From positions 39,060,001-39,124,000 of the forward strand of contig NC_043000.1 of assembly GCF_006345805.1 (NCBI RefSeq): 64,000 bases of DNA, in the 5' to 3' direction. Made by a program: the position numbers and the translations under genes. The notes under the pieces are model-generated. The model was not told where the DNA came from. It was given only the letters and a program-made list of their open reading frames with translations, and did not search any database. This document shows, one piece after another, positions 52,530 through 64,000 of the stretch (position 1 is its first letter; each line of letters opens with the position of its first letter). Source of the stretch: Octopus sinensis (taxonomy: Eukaryota).

Positions 52530-53200
52530 AACTTCTTACCTACTTGACAATTTCATTTCTAGGTCTGCTTTGAAGGACACTTTACTTCTTGGACTCACGT
52601 CTACTCTCCTCATTGAACACAAACTTCGTATTTCCCACTTCAATTCGGAGTTTCCCAGTTTTTCTTCATCTGTCACTTCGATCCTGTTGTCACCGGGACG
52701 TGCTATGTTGATTATCATCCATGTTCTTTCTGTTTCATTCTCCATAATAATGTCTGGTTTTCGATGTCTGGTCAGGTGATCGCACCGAATCATTGCATTC
52801 CACAGGATTTTGCAGTCTTCTTTCTCGGTGACTCCTTCTGGGGCTTATTCATACCACGTCTTGCTTTTTGTAGGCCATGATTTCCACAGAGCCCCAATGG
52901 ATCATTCTTGTCACATTGTCATGGCGTCGTTTCTATTCGCGTTGTGCCAATTTCGGGCATTCGCTTACGGTGTACCATATCGTTTCACTCCTCTCACCAC
53001 ACATTCTGCATTTGTCACTATCGGTGGTGTTGTAGATTCTGCCCTTCACATAGTTAGTCCTTAATGCTTGTTCTTAAGCGGTGCATATGAATGCTTCTGT
53101 CTCTGTCTTCAAGTCATTCTTCCTCATCTATAGCCATCGCTCTTCTGTATCTGTCTTGGTATTCGTATCTCTTGCACAGTTTATTTTTCTCTTTCTATGC
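52530..53200 (-). mobile_element. R4/Dong-type C-terminal fragment (different subfamily)
   Basis: LKTETEAFI..EQALRTNYVK..CRMCGERSETI..ECPKLAQ..RRHD..HRKPDII. Confidence 0.85.
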
Positions 53201-53220
53201 TGTTTTTTGTTCTTTTCCTC

Positions 53221-53279
<59 letters not shown>

Positions 53280-53315
53280 GTCGTTGTTGTTGTTGTTGTA
53301 GTTATTATTATTACA

Positions 53316-53985
53316 TTTTTTTGCTTTGTATTTGTACAAGTTGACTCCATGTCTCATCCAAAGACCTCAAAAGACAAGAAGTAAGAAGTTCGAGTTGGTG
53401 TTATGACAATAGGGTGCCATATTTTTGGTTTTGTACAAAGTATTCTTCTAGAGAATGTCTGTCAAAACAAGAAAATTAGAAGTGTGTTTTGAAAGTCATT
53501 TGATTATAAGACGATAGTGTGATCTTAAGATGACAGTAAAAGGTCAGGAAAAGGTCAGTAAAAGCTATTATGTACATTTAAAAGTACTTTTGACAATGTT
53601 TACAGATTAAAATGCTTTTGGAATTACATAGACAATACTTTCCGTCGGATATCAGCAATTCCCATGAACACTATTTTTTTTAATTTCTTCTATTTTTGGA
53701 TTTCTTGGTATCTGAGACAAGTAGCAATCAGTTCCTTTTACTATCATTCCAAGGGTACCTATAGCAACAGGTATTGTTTTAGTCTTCAGGTTCCGCATTT
53801 TTCTGATTTCTATTTCAAGATCTTTATACTTGCTCAGTTTTAGTTAAGTTTTGGCAGATACATTAACGTCATATCAACGAGGAAGCATGATTTTTGTCTG
53901 AAATCCTTCACTATAATACCTGGCCTATTTGCATCGATCTTTCTGTTAGTTTGGACAGTATAGTTTCAAAGGAGTGAGATATGAT
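53316..53985 (-). mobile_element. R4/Dong-type RLE end plus 3' UTR (another subfamily), TAA tail
   Basis: QTNRKIDANRPGIIVKDFRQKSC; plus-strand GATCTTTATACTTGCTCAG = LSKYKDL; 3' end runs into (TTA/TTG)n at 53220-53315. Confidence 0.8.
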
Positions 53986-54116
53986 CAGTTTTAAGCACTG
54001 GAAGTGATTTGTGTTTATTGTTATTATTATTTGATGAAAACTCACAGCTTATTTTGCTGTATTCAATTAGTTAACGATTTAAATGACTAATAGTGTTTGG
54101 TTAATCGTTTAGTCAA

Positions 54117-54262
54117 TCAGTCAGGTTTGTCAAAGTCCTTTCGCCGCCGTCTGTGACCTCATCGATGACATTTCATTTCTATACCAGGTTTTTTTCGAGA
54201 GGGCGTGTCATTGATGAGGGCGCGAATCATGACGGAAGGACTTTGACAATCCAACTGACTGA
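54117..54262. mobile_element. Small palindromic MITE-like element
   Basis: TCAGTCAGGTTTGTCAAAGTCCTTTCG / CGGAAGGACTTTGACAATCCAACTGACTGA and inner CTCATCGATGACA / TGTCATTGATGAG. Confidence 0.55.
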
Positions 54263-54681
54263 GTGAGTGAATGACCGACGGATTAACATTTGTTTAGTTA
54301 ATTGGTTGAATCGCTAACGAGATGGTTAATGATAATAAAGAAGTAAAGTAAGTCTTCTGGACATCGCTGTCTCGAGTCCGACGACTCATAAGCTCGTTTA
54401 ACCGGTTTTCCATGACATATAAGGGACCACGATCAAACCATTCCAACTGAAACAGTTCGTCGCAGGATGACTCATCTTAGTTATCTGAGTGGAATGGAGT
54501 ATCTTGCTCAATAGCACAACTCACCGCATGATCCAAGAATCGAAACGACCTTCCCGAGATACAAAATAATTTCTTTCAGCACACGAGTTGACATCAAGAA
54601 TTTTTCAAGCCAAATGCGAAAACAAAATACTGGTGCTACTCCTACTACAATTAACGCCAATATGCTTTTAATTAAAGTTAT

Positions 54682-54836
54682 ATCTGAGTGGTGAAGAAGT
54701 TCGCTTTGCAACCACGTGATTTCGGGTTCAATTCCATTGTATGGCACAATGGGCAAGTGCTTTCTACAATAGCGCCGTCCCGACCTATGCCTTGTGAGTG
54801 GATTTGTAAATAGAAACTGTGTGGTATATATGTATG

Positions 54837-54868
<32 letters not shown>

Positions 54869-55665
54869 TGTATGTATGTATGTATGTATGTATGTATGTA
54901 TGTATGCATGTATGTATGTATGTATGTATGTATGTATGTATGTATGTATGTATGTATGTATGTTTGTATGTATGTATGTATGTATGTATTTAAGAACAAA
55001 GAGACGAGATAGAAAAAAAAACAAAGCCGGTGAGCTGGCAGAAACGTTAGCACGCCGGGCGAAATGCTTAGCGGTATTTCGTCTGCCGCTACATTCTGAT
55101 TTCAAATTCCGCCAAGGTCGACTTTGCCTTTCAAACTTTCGGGGTCGATTAAATAAGTATCATTTACGCGCTGGGGTCGATATATTCGACTTGATCCGTT
55201 TGTCTGTCTTTGTTTGTTCCCTCTATGTTTAGTCCCTTGTGGGCAATACAGAAATAAGAGAAAAATAAAGGTTATGTAATTAACTCCATTAGCTTACAGC
55301 TGTTCCTGCTATGAGATGTGGTGGACTCATAGTTGAGTACCCGGATAGCATCCTATAGCTTCCTCGGAGCCTTTAATATTAAGTGCAGTTTATTTGGGAA
55401 AATTATATTTTCGGAACATATTACCGTTATTAGTGAGATATCTTTTTTGTGTGTTACGTTGTCCCTGCCGGTTAACAACTGTTGCCGGTTTTTTGTTGTC
55501 TCCATAACTTAGCGGTTCGGCAAAAAATCTATAGAATAAGTGCTAAATTTTTCTTTAAAAAAAACAAAGAAAACCACTACTATTACGGTTCGTCTGAAAC
55601 CCTTAAAGGCAATGCTCCAGAATGGCCGCAGTTCAAAGACTAAAACCTGCAAAAAATAAAGAGAG
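54682..55665 (+). mobile_element. SINE-C split by (TATG)n, a SINE-A (55027-55258) and a hammerhead fragment
   Basis: Head 54682-54820; 3' half 55450-55665 (TAACTTAGCGGTTCGGCAAAA..ATGGCCGCAG). Confidence 0.6.
55291..55371 (-). ncRNA. Hammerhead motif, CCGAGGA core, branched stem II, ACAGCUGU family
   Basis: Minus strand: GGCU CCGAGGA A GCUAU [GGAU/AUCC and ACUCA/UGAGU hairpins] AUAGC A GGAAC AGCU GUA AGCU; GAAAC reads GGAAC. Confidence 0.65.
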
Positions 55666-56360
55666 ATTTCTTTTGTTATTAAACGTGTTTTTCCTTTACT
55701 AGATTTCTGTTGTATCGCATCCTTCATGAATACCAACAAACACTGACGCTGCCCACAAAATTCCTGGTTTAGTTTAGTTCACATGGTAGCATATATCTTT
55801 TTTCTTCAATATCAGATGTAGCCAACGCCATAGCGTACCAAGAGCAAGGCAAGCTGCACCTTATTCAACCATGCAGACTATGCTTACAAACTTCCAACCG
55901 CAAAGGACATCTGGTACAACAAGGTCTTCTATTTGAGGAAAAACTGCAATGTGCGTGATGCAGGATGTAAACAAAGTCGAACATACAATATGGCCGCCAT
56001 GGAATTATTTATAAACCGATGTGAACTTCAATATTTCGGGACTGTCAGTTGTTAAACATTTAGTCAGAGCAAGCTGTTGTGTGACTAATAGAAGGAATTT
56101 TTGTTACATCTGCTGGGAATATTGAAGGAGAGAGACGGCGAGAGAGGGAGAGAGAAAGAGAGAGAGAGTGTGTGTGTGTGGGGGGGGTGTAAATAGAACT
56201 GGGAACAAGGTGAATAAAGATTACGTCGCACATGGCTGCTGGGACATCTGCAATCAACTTCGTCACATATTCACTCTCGCTCTAACACGCGCGCAAATGA
56301 ACACACAGCTATGTGTATGCATGTATGTGTTGTATATGTATAAATATGTGTGTATAATTG

Positions 56361-56394
<34 letters not shown>

Positions 56395-56527
56395 ATATAT
56401 AAATGCAAATACACGCATACACATGCACGTGTATATATGCATATTTTTAGAAAAAAAAACAAAATGCGGAAGATAAAATTTGAACTTTAATACAAAAAAG
56501 AAACAAGATGTGTTCCACGTATATACT

Positions 56528-56600
<73 letters not shown>

Positions 56601-56668
56601 ATATACATACATTCAACAAGTACGAATGCGCACACGTGCATATATTTATATACACACATGTATATTTA

Positions 56669-57167
56669 CGAAGGTGAGTCAAAAAGTAATGCCATTTTGT
56701 TTAGGACATGTATAATTACCAACATTGGAACATGTATCATCAAAATGAAGCTGTCCTCAGTGGATCACATTCCTACTTCTCAAAATAGTCACCGTTTCTA
56801 TCAATAACAATGTTCCACCTTCGAATGGGGGCACGTATTCTGTTGACCGTTCTTTGAGCCACTTCTTCACTACAAAGTCAAAGAGACAACAGGTGAGGAT
56901 ACATGGTTTCATCATTATGAACCGGAATCAAAGAGGCAGTTGATGGAATGGCGCCACTCTGCGTCACCACCACCGAAAAAGTTCAAGATGCAAAAGTCAG
57001 CTGGAAAATCATGGCGACTGTCTTTTGGGATGCTCAAGGTATCATTCTGGTCGATTTCTTGCCAAAAGGAAAATCAATAAACTCATAATAAGCTTCATTT
57101 TGATGTTCCTGTGTTGGTAATTATACCTGTCCTAAACAAAATGGCATTACTTTTTGACTCACCTTCG
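56669..57167 (+). mobile_element. Non-autonomous mariner deletion derivative with long TIRs and TA TSD
   Basis: CGAAGGTGAGTCAAAAAGTAATGCCATTTTGTTTAGGACA and its perfect reverse complement, TA on both sides; internal PKKFKMQKSAGKIMATVFWDAQGIILVDFL. Confidence 0.92.
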
Positions 57168-57215
57168 TACATGCATATATATATATATGCATGTACGAAG
57201 CAACACAAACGCACC

Positions 57216-58047
<832 letters not shown>

Positions 58048-58704
58048 TTCTTTATTGCAAGCTCATCCACTGTATGTGACGTAATCATTACCACCGAAAT
58101 TTAAATTTCGTTCGCTATACACCATTAATCGAGGATTTATTTTCTTCTGTGAGAACTGTATCTCTCTTTGTATGTCTCCTATGTTCTGCTATGGGTAATA
58201 ATTTTAGCATTAATCGCCTATTTTTGTGAAAAAATCTGTACATTATTGTCAATTTGCCACCAATGTTTTCTTGCTTAGTTTTCCTTTGTTTTATGTAGTG
58301 TAGTTCATTGCATTTACTTATAGTTGTAAATGCATGGTCAGTTGCCGAGTCCTACTAATATGGGGATATAATAAAGATATGCACCTGTTGTTCAATATGC
58401 CAATAAACAATGCAAATCTTACTCCTATGCCTCACCTGTATATCATATGTGACACAGAACATATTTATGTAGCATTCATGTATCAGGTACGATACACATC
58501 CCAATTTTTTCAACCACCAGAATAACTTGAGAAAGTAAGAAATGAAAGCTTTCTATTACTTAGAACGTATGAAGCAACGGCTAACTACACGTATGAAAAC
58601 AAGCATGGATGTTTAGGTAGAACCTTTTGGAAGGCAAAGGGTCAACACACTGCATGATATAAAAACTAATAACAGTTGCATCAGTATATGTAAGGGTGGA
58701 ATAC

Positions 58705-58930
58705 GTAACATATTCGTAATCTATTTTTATAAAACACAGGATGTGTGTCTGTATGTGTGTTTGTCATGTCGTTAAAACTCGAGATCCACCCAACTGATTT
58801 TAATGAAATTTTACACATGCATTTCATAGGATCCATGGAGTGTTATGGGCAAAAAATTTCAACTTCTTACCTAATGCGGGCCCAGGGGCAGATAAACTGC
58901 ATTTTAAAAACGTTTTCGCAGTGTTAAGGT
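58705..58930 (+). mobile_element. Helitron-like non-autonomous 5' region
   Basis: ATCTATTTTTATAAAA..GTGTGTCTGT..GATTTTAATGAAATTTTACAC pattern typical of such elements; no 3' hairpin located. Confidence 0.35.
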
Positions 58931-59396
58931 CCGTAACTTGAAGAGTGTCCACTCACTTTCCTACAAATTTGCAACAAACATTAATCAGGCTCCTCGAATT
59001 GCTGTTTACTATAAAACATTTCCGACGCCGACTATGGGCCCCACCAAAAATGCAGATTAATCAGATTTGAGTATACTGCACTGGACAGCATCTTTGTTTT
59101 AGGCCGTGTGTGTGCGACTGCTTAAAGGAACAACAAACCCATTCATTCATTCTCCAGAAGTGCCCTGCTGATGCTTCACGTTTCCAACCCTGTGCAACGT
59201 AGTATGGCCCCTACAGCATGTCTACTTTCTATGTCATCCATGTCTGAACTATATAATGCAAAATCTTCATACAAAAACAAAATGCTGTTGTGACTCAAAG
59301 CTATTTGAGTTTGATCGCGTGACTACTTCTGGAAGCTATACTCGCCACCTACAATTAGCTCCCTGTGTCCCCACTCCGTTTAATCGGACGAGTAAA

Positions 59397-59835
59397 TACA
59401 GGGTCTCCCAGAATTAATGATGCGTGAAATCGGATGCATTTCGTTTAAAATTCACTTTTATTTATGCTTATTATGGTTAATATGTGTTAAAAATGTATAC
59501 ATTTTAAATTTTGTTTATAATTTCATTTTCATTCGTGTTGGACCCCTCTTATTTGTCCATGACAGCTTTTTTTCAATTTGGCAGCAATCATTTTCTTTAC
59601 CTCCACCCCCAAGATAGCAGGGCAGGAGTTAACTCCTGAAATGCTTCAAAATGTGTTTCACAATGCTAAAGAGAGATTTGAAGTATGCAGGGATACAGAC
59701 ATGTTGGAAATTTTCAATAAATGTTTGACGTAAGATTTATAAATCTATTTGTTTTGGTAATAAATATAAAATTCTGTCAGTTTTTTTTTTATTTGCTCGA
59801 TTTCATTGTAACAGTAAATTCTGGAACAGCCCGTA
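59397..59835 (+). mobile_element. Tc1/mariner-derived MITE
   Basis: Imperfect TIRs TACAGGGTCTCCCAGAATTA / TAAATTCTGGAACAGCCCGTA; internal transposase-like C-terminal piece TPEMLQNVFHNAKERFEVC. Confidence 0.6.
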
Positions 59836-60890
59836 TAGTGTAGCGTTGTTAGTTGTTGCGTTGCTCGAGTAAATATCAAAATCAAAGGTTTTCTCGCCGT
59901 AAACATATCTTTTTATAAAGCATATTGTATCAAGGAGCATGTTATCCAAAATGTATTTCTCTTTTATAGGTGTGGCTGTGTGGCTGAGAAGCATGCTTTC
60001 CAACCATGTCGCTTGGGTTCAGTCCCACTGAGCGGCATGTAGGTCAATTCTCTTTCATTACAGTTCCGTACCGGCCGAAGCCTTGTATATTATGTAATTG
60101 CCATTACTGAATTGATAGATAAAGTAACACATACAACTCACCTATTATTGTCATATAATAAACAAACAGAAGTTCCTGTATGAAATTGATCTTTTCTCTC
60201 CTTCAATTATTACAAGCGTATTTTTTAAATAAAATACACATACACGAGGAGTAAATCTCCATATATAATAACACTTTGAGTGTGGCTCCCGAGAAAGAGT
60301 AAAATTAATTGCCCGATCGACGACGGGTATTACTGTTAGTCACAGATAAAAAAAAAGATTATATTGTAAATATCAGTACTCTGATACATAAGAAACAATA
60401 AATTTATATACACTGAGATAGTTCTCTCTACTTATGTGCCATTCCTATAAGTGTGAACCGTCACACTCTTGGCCAAAGTCTGAAGATTCTTAGGAAAACT
60501 AGAGCAGTTGTTAGACTCCTTTCGTCAGCTTACCCCCGAGGCACAGAATGTATTTAACTTGAGTCTAACTCACGTGATATTAGGGCATGTCCGCATATCA
60601 TTGGGTCTAGGCAACACATATATAAAGACCAGTCCATCTCCGAATTCTGTATACTTTAGCTGCAGCACCTTTTTCTGCTATTTAATCCATAACTGAGGAC
60701 CTTGGCAGATACTTCTTCGTCGGGCATGTGACTAACTTCATACTCCGCAACCACAAAGAAAAATCAAAAACCCATAAATTATCGAACTGTAATCATTACA
60801 AACCACGATACAATTTAATGCCTTTTCCATAGCTACTCTAAAAGATTATACCTCTCAATTAAAACTTAATTTAAATGCAACTAAATTACA

Positions 60891-61169
60891 GCATATTTTA
60901 TTGTGTCTGGGGAAAGTTACTCTCTTTTAGTGCCTTATTATTTAACACACTCACCGGTTCGATTTCCATTCATTCACTTATTCATTTTTTCTAAAATTTT
61001 CTTTGCGTCTAGCAACATTTTCAAGACGCAACGAAAATTTTAGAAAAATTAAATAACTAAAGAACTTAGTAAAAATAAATAACTAAATGAACGGAAATCG
61101 AACCGGTGAGTGTGTTAAATAATAAGGCACTAAAAAAGAACGACTCACCTTGGGCACAATGAAATATGC
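60891..61169. mobile_element. Fold-back (whole-element palindrome) MITE-like element
   Basis: TTTTAGTGCCTTATTATTTAACACACTCACCGGTTCGATTTCC is mirrored at ~61095-61136; outer GCATATTT / AAATATGC; small central loop. Confidence 0.8.
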
Positions 61170-61535
61170 TTTAACACCCGAATTTATATAAAGAATCTTG
61201 CAAGCCAAATACAAAAACGAAATAAATTACAGCAATAAACATTCAAATAGAAGCTCCTTGTTTCATTAGTATTGAAAGAGAACTCACTGCACATTTCTAG
61301 GAGCAATTAAATCTGATCAACAAATCAAACTAACAGACGAAGCCATTGAAAGATACAGGAAAACGCATCAGACAGGAAGTCTATTAAGAATACACAAACT
61401 TCAATATGTAAAATATGAACCAAATACACAGTAATAGAGTTAAGAAAGGACGAGAAACGTAGGTAACCATGGTAGATTTTCAACTCAGAAAGCGGAAGAT
61501 ATTGTTCGACGCTCTAGTAACTTTACTGGTTGGGA

Positions 61536-61580
61536 GGTTATCCTGAAGATGAGACTGTAAAGGTCTAGAAACGTTGGTGT
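61536..61580 (+). ncRNA. Minimal hammerhead motif in a Penelope-like 3' fragment
   Basis: UUAUC CUGAAGA UG AGAC-uguaaag-GUCU A GAAAC GUU GGUG; palindromic AACGUU stem III; weak stem I. Confidence 0.55.
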
Positions 61581-62260
61581 TAGATTTACAAGCTTCATTG
61601 CTCCAAACAAAATTGAAGGAATTACGAAAATATGAAAAGAATACTTGATAAAATGTAACTGGAATAAAGTTGTGTGCATACATATATGTGCGCGAATGTG
61701 GGTTTGTGTTTGTGAGTGTATGTGTGCGCGTGTGTGGTGAGCTTGTGGGCGTATCAATATTATACGAATCTCAATGCCTATGACTCTTTTAATGTTTCTG
61801 TTCTTCACATAAACAACCACATCTGGTTACATTTGCAAACACTACGACCTGCAGATTCCTATCACAAAACCTCAAATGGCCACTCTCTCTCGCTTTCTCT
61901 CACCCTCTCACCCTCTCTGTCTGTCTCTCTTACTCACTCTTTTTCTCTCAGTTTTTCTCTTCCTCCTTCTCTCCCTCTCACTCTTACAATTGATTCGTAA
62001 GTGTGACTGACAGGAAGCTAAATATGACTACCAGCTGGTCATTACTTGACGTCAAGCTTTTAATACCAAAGTTCAAAGGTCAAGTTAGTTATCGTTAACC
62101 GATAGCTTAATTGATTAATAAAAAATGCAAAAATTGTTTTTAATAAGATTACTAAGTGACCCTGATGACTATTTTCTTGTTATCTTACTTTTAAAGTGTT
62201 ATTTCCCTCTTTCAGATAATTTATATAATTTATACCACGAAATTCCACAAGAAAAAGGTA

Positions 62261-62410
<150 letters not shown>

Positions 62411-62640
62411 TTCATTTATTTGCCACAAGGGTGAAGGATGAGGGGGGACAATACAAAGACACAAATAAAGTGTGTGGGGGGATTTGCATATAAAGAAATG
62501 ATAAAATAAAAAACGTAATCATACACAGTATACACTGAAAATGGGACATATGCACAGCATACAAAGGTTAAAAGAAGAAAAAGAAGATATATATATATAC
62601 AGCAGAAAATGGGCGATGCCTGTCCTTTTATAACCATATG
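62411..62640 (-). mobile_element. 3' end of a retroelement abutting the TAA tract
   Basis: Minus strand ends TTGTCCCCCTC..CCCTTGTGGCAAATAAATGAA, similar to SINE-A tail 2. Confidence 0.45.
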
Positions 62641-63078
62641 GAAGATTTCATGAAAGAAATTGAATGGTTTGAACCTGTGGTTTTGTTTCGTGATTACCGT
62701 GCGACGGCCATAACCTCGTCTTTAAGAAAGTTTGTTCAGATTCTTTCGGCGTAAGTAATTAAGAGGCTCGAAATGTTATTCCTGTTTTCTTTTTTAACGT
62801 CATCTGAAACGAAACACAACAGATGGTGGGAGTTGACTCATTTAATTCAATATCCCGAGTAAAAAGTAACAAGATGATCGGAGTTCAAATATAGCAGCAG
62901 GCTTCTTGAGAAATATTGTATTCATTTCTTGGTTCCAGCCATCAGAGTGCAGTCGTTTTTAGGGATCGAAGTTAAAGTCATTGTTAAAGGGTGGTTTTAA
63001 ATCAGACGATGGGTTAAACCTAGCATTCAAATACATCAAGCTGAGATGTGAAATTAGAACTTTTCAGTACCCCTTCCC

Positions 63079-63109
<31 letters not shown>

Positions 63110-63139
63110 TGTATGTATGTATGTATGTATGTGTGCATG

Positions 63140-63177
<38 letters not shown>

Positions 63178-63299
63178 TACATACAGAAAGAGAGAGAGAG
63201 AGAGAGAAGGCGACTAAAGAGATAGATAAATAGATAGATACAGACATACATACATACATACATACATACATACATACATACATACATACATACATACAT

Positions 63300-63790
63300 A
63301 CAGAGAAACTGCATAGTTGTGGAAATTAGCTGCTCAGGGGATGTTAACATAAAGCTGAAGATCAGTGAAAAATAGAATACCTATGTTGGACTATTGAGAA
63401 ATCTGCAGTTACTCTGTCCAGATTACACATTCAGGTTTATACCTGTAATTACTGGGGCCCTGGGATATGTAGCACTCTGCCTAGATACCAATCTTGAGAA
63501 ATGAGGCTTCTCAAATCCAGAAAGGAGAAAGCTGATTCGAAGACCACGGATCCAATCCATCAGTAGAACTTTAAAAATCTGTAAAACCTTCCAGAAGTTT
63601 ATCATTCAAATGTATATGAGCATGTTTAGATATGTAACAATGTATGAAAAGAGACTCTGAAGTTGTGTTTGTGTAAGTACATGGACATTTACGAGTGTTT
63701 GTCTAAGTGCTTCTGTGTCTGAATGAGTAACAGTACGTATATAAACATGTACGAATGCATGCGGACATGAGTGACTCAAAGTGCGCACGC
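63300..63790 (+). mobile_element. RLE non-LTR retrotransposon 3' fragment (divergent family), 5' junction at (CATA)n
   Basis: CIVVEISCSGDVNIKLKISEK*NTYVGLLRNLQLL..FIPVITGALGYV..KICKTFQKF. Confidence 0.7.
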
Positions 63791-63949
63791 AAAGCAGTGA
63801 CGGAGTGGGCGTTTATGTACGTGGTCAGCATTTAATATTCAACAAAACCTGGCTTTGATTTCAAACATTTCAGAATCATCAGTTCGAAATATTGATGTAA
63901 AAAGCAGGGATTAACAGTCTCAATTTTTAACGCATGCGCAAACACAGTC

Positions 63950-63986
<37 letters not shown>

Positions 63987-64000
63987 ATATACATACTCTT

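Noticed and set aside
58330-58650. Possible Helitron Rep/helicase fragment
   Set aside because: Only vague residue similarity; not supportable without a search.
63850-63885. Minus-strand CUGAUGA...GAAA
   Set aside because: No pairing stem II between the motifs.

Overview
Eukaryotic, AT-rich, extremely microsatellite-rich DNA with no host protein-coding exon, rRNA, functional tRNA or CRISPR array that I can support. It reads as intergenic or deep-intronic sequence. The repeat families resemble those of octopus/cephalopod genomes (my recognition only, not verified). Contents: (1) at least seven fragments of restriction-like-endonuclease (RLE) non-LTR retrotransposons of the R4/Dong type, several joined directly to (TAA)n tracts; two long sister copies carry a ~120-nt (GAA)n inside the ORF. 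(2) Many tRNA-derived SINEs, given window-local labels SINE-A, -B and -C; they include multimers, alternative 3' tails and nested insertions. (3) Mariner/Tc1 elements and MITEs, plus CR1-, RTE-, Gypsy- and Helitron-like fossils. (4) Several long inverted repeats. The most interesting signal is a set of about nine dispersed type I hammerhead-ribozyme-like motifs in Penelope-like (pLTR) fragments. Most have a self-complementary stem III (mutated in one). Two unrelated contexts share a non-canonical CCGAGGA core, an ACAGCUGU stem III and a long stem II, with compensatory stem I/II sequences. All coordinates and identities were read by eye; nothing was searched or folded computationally.
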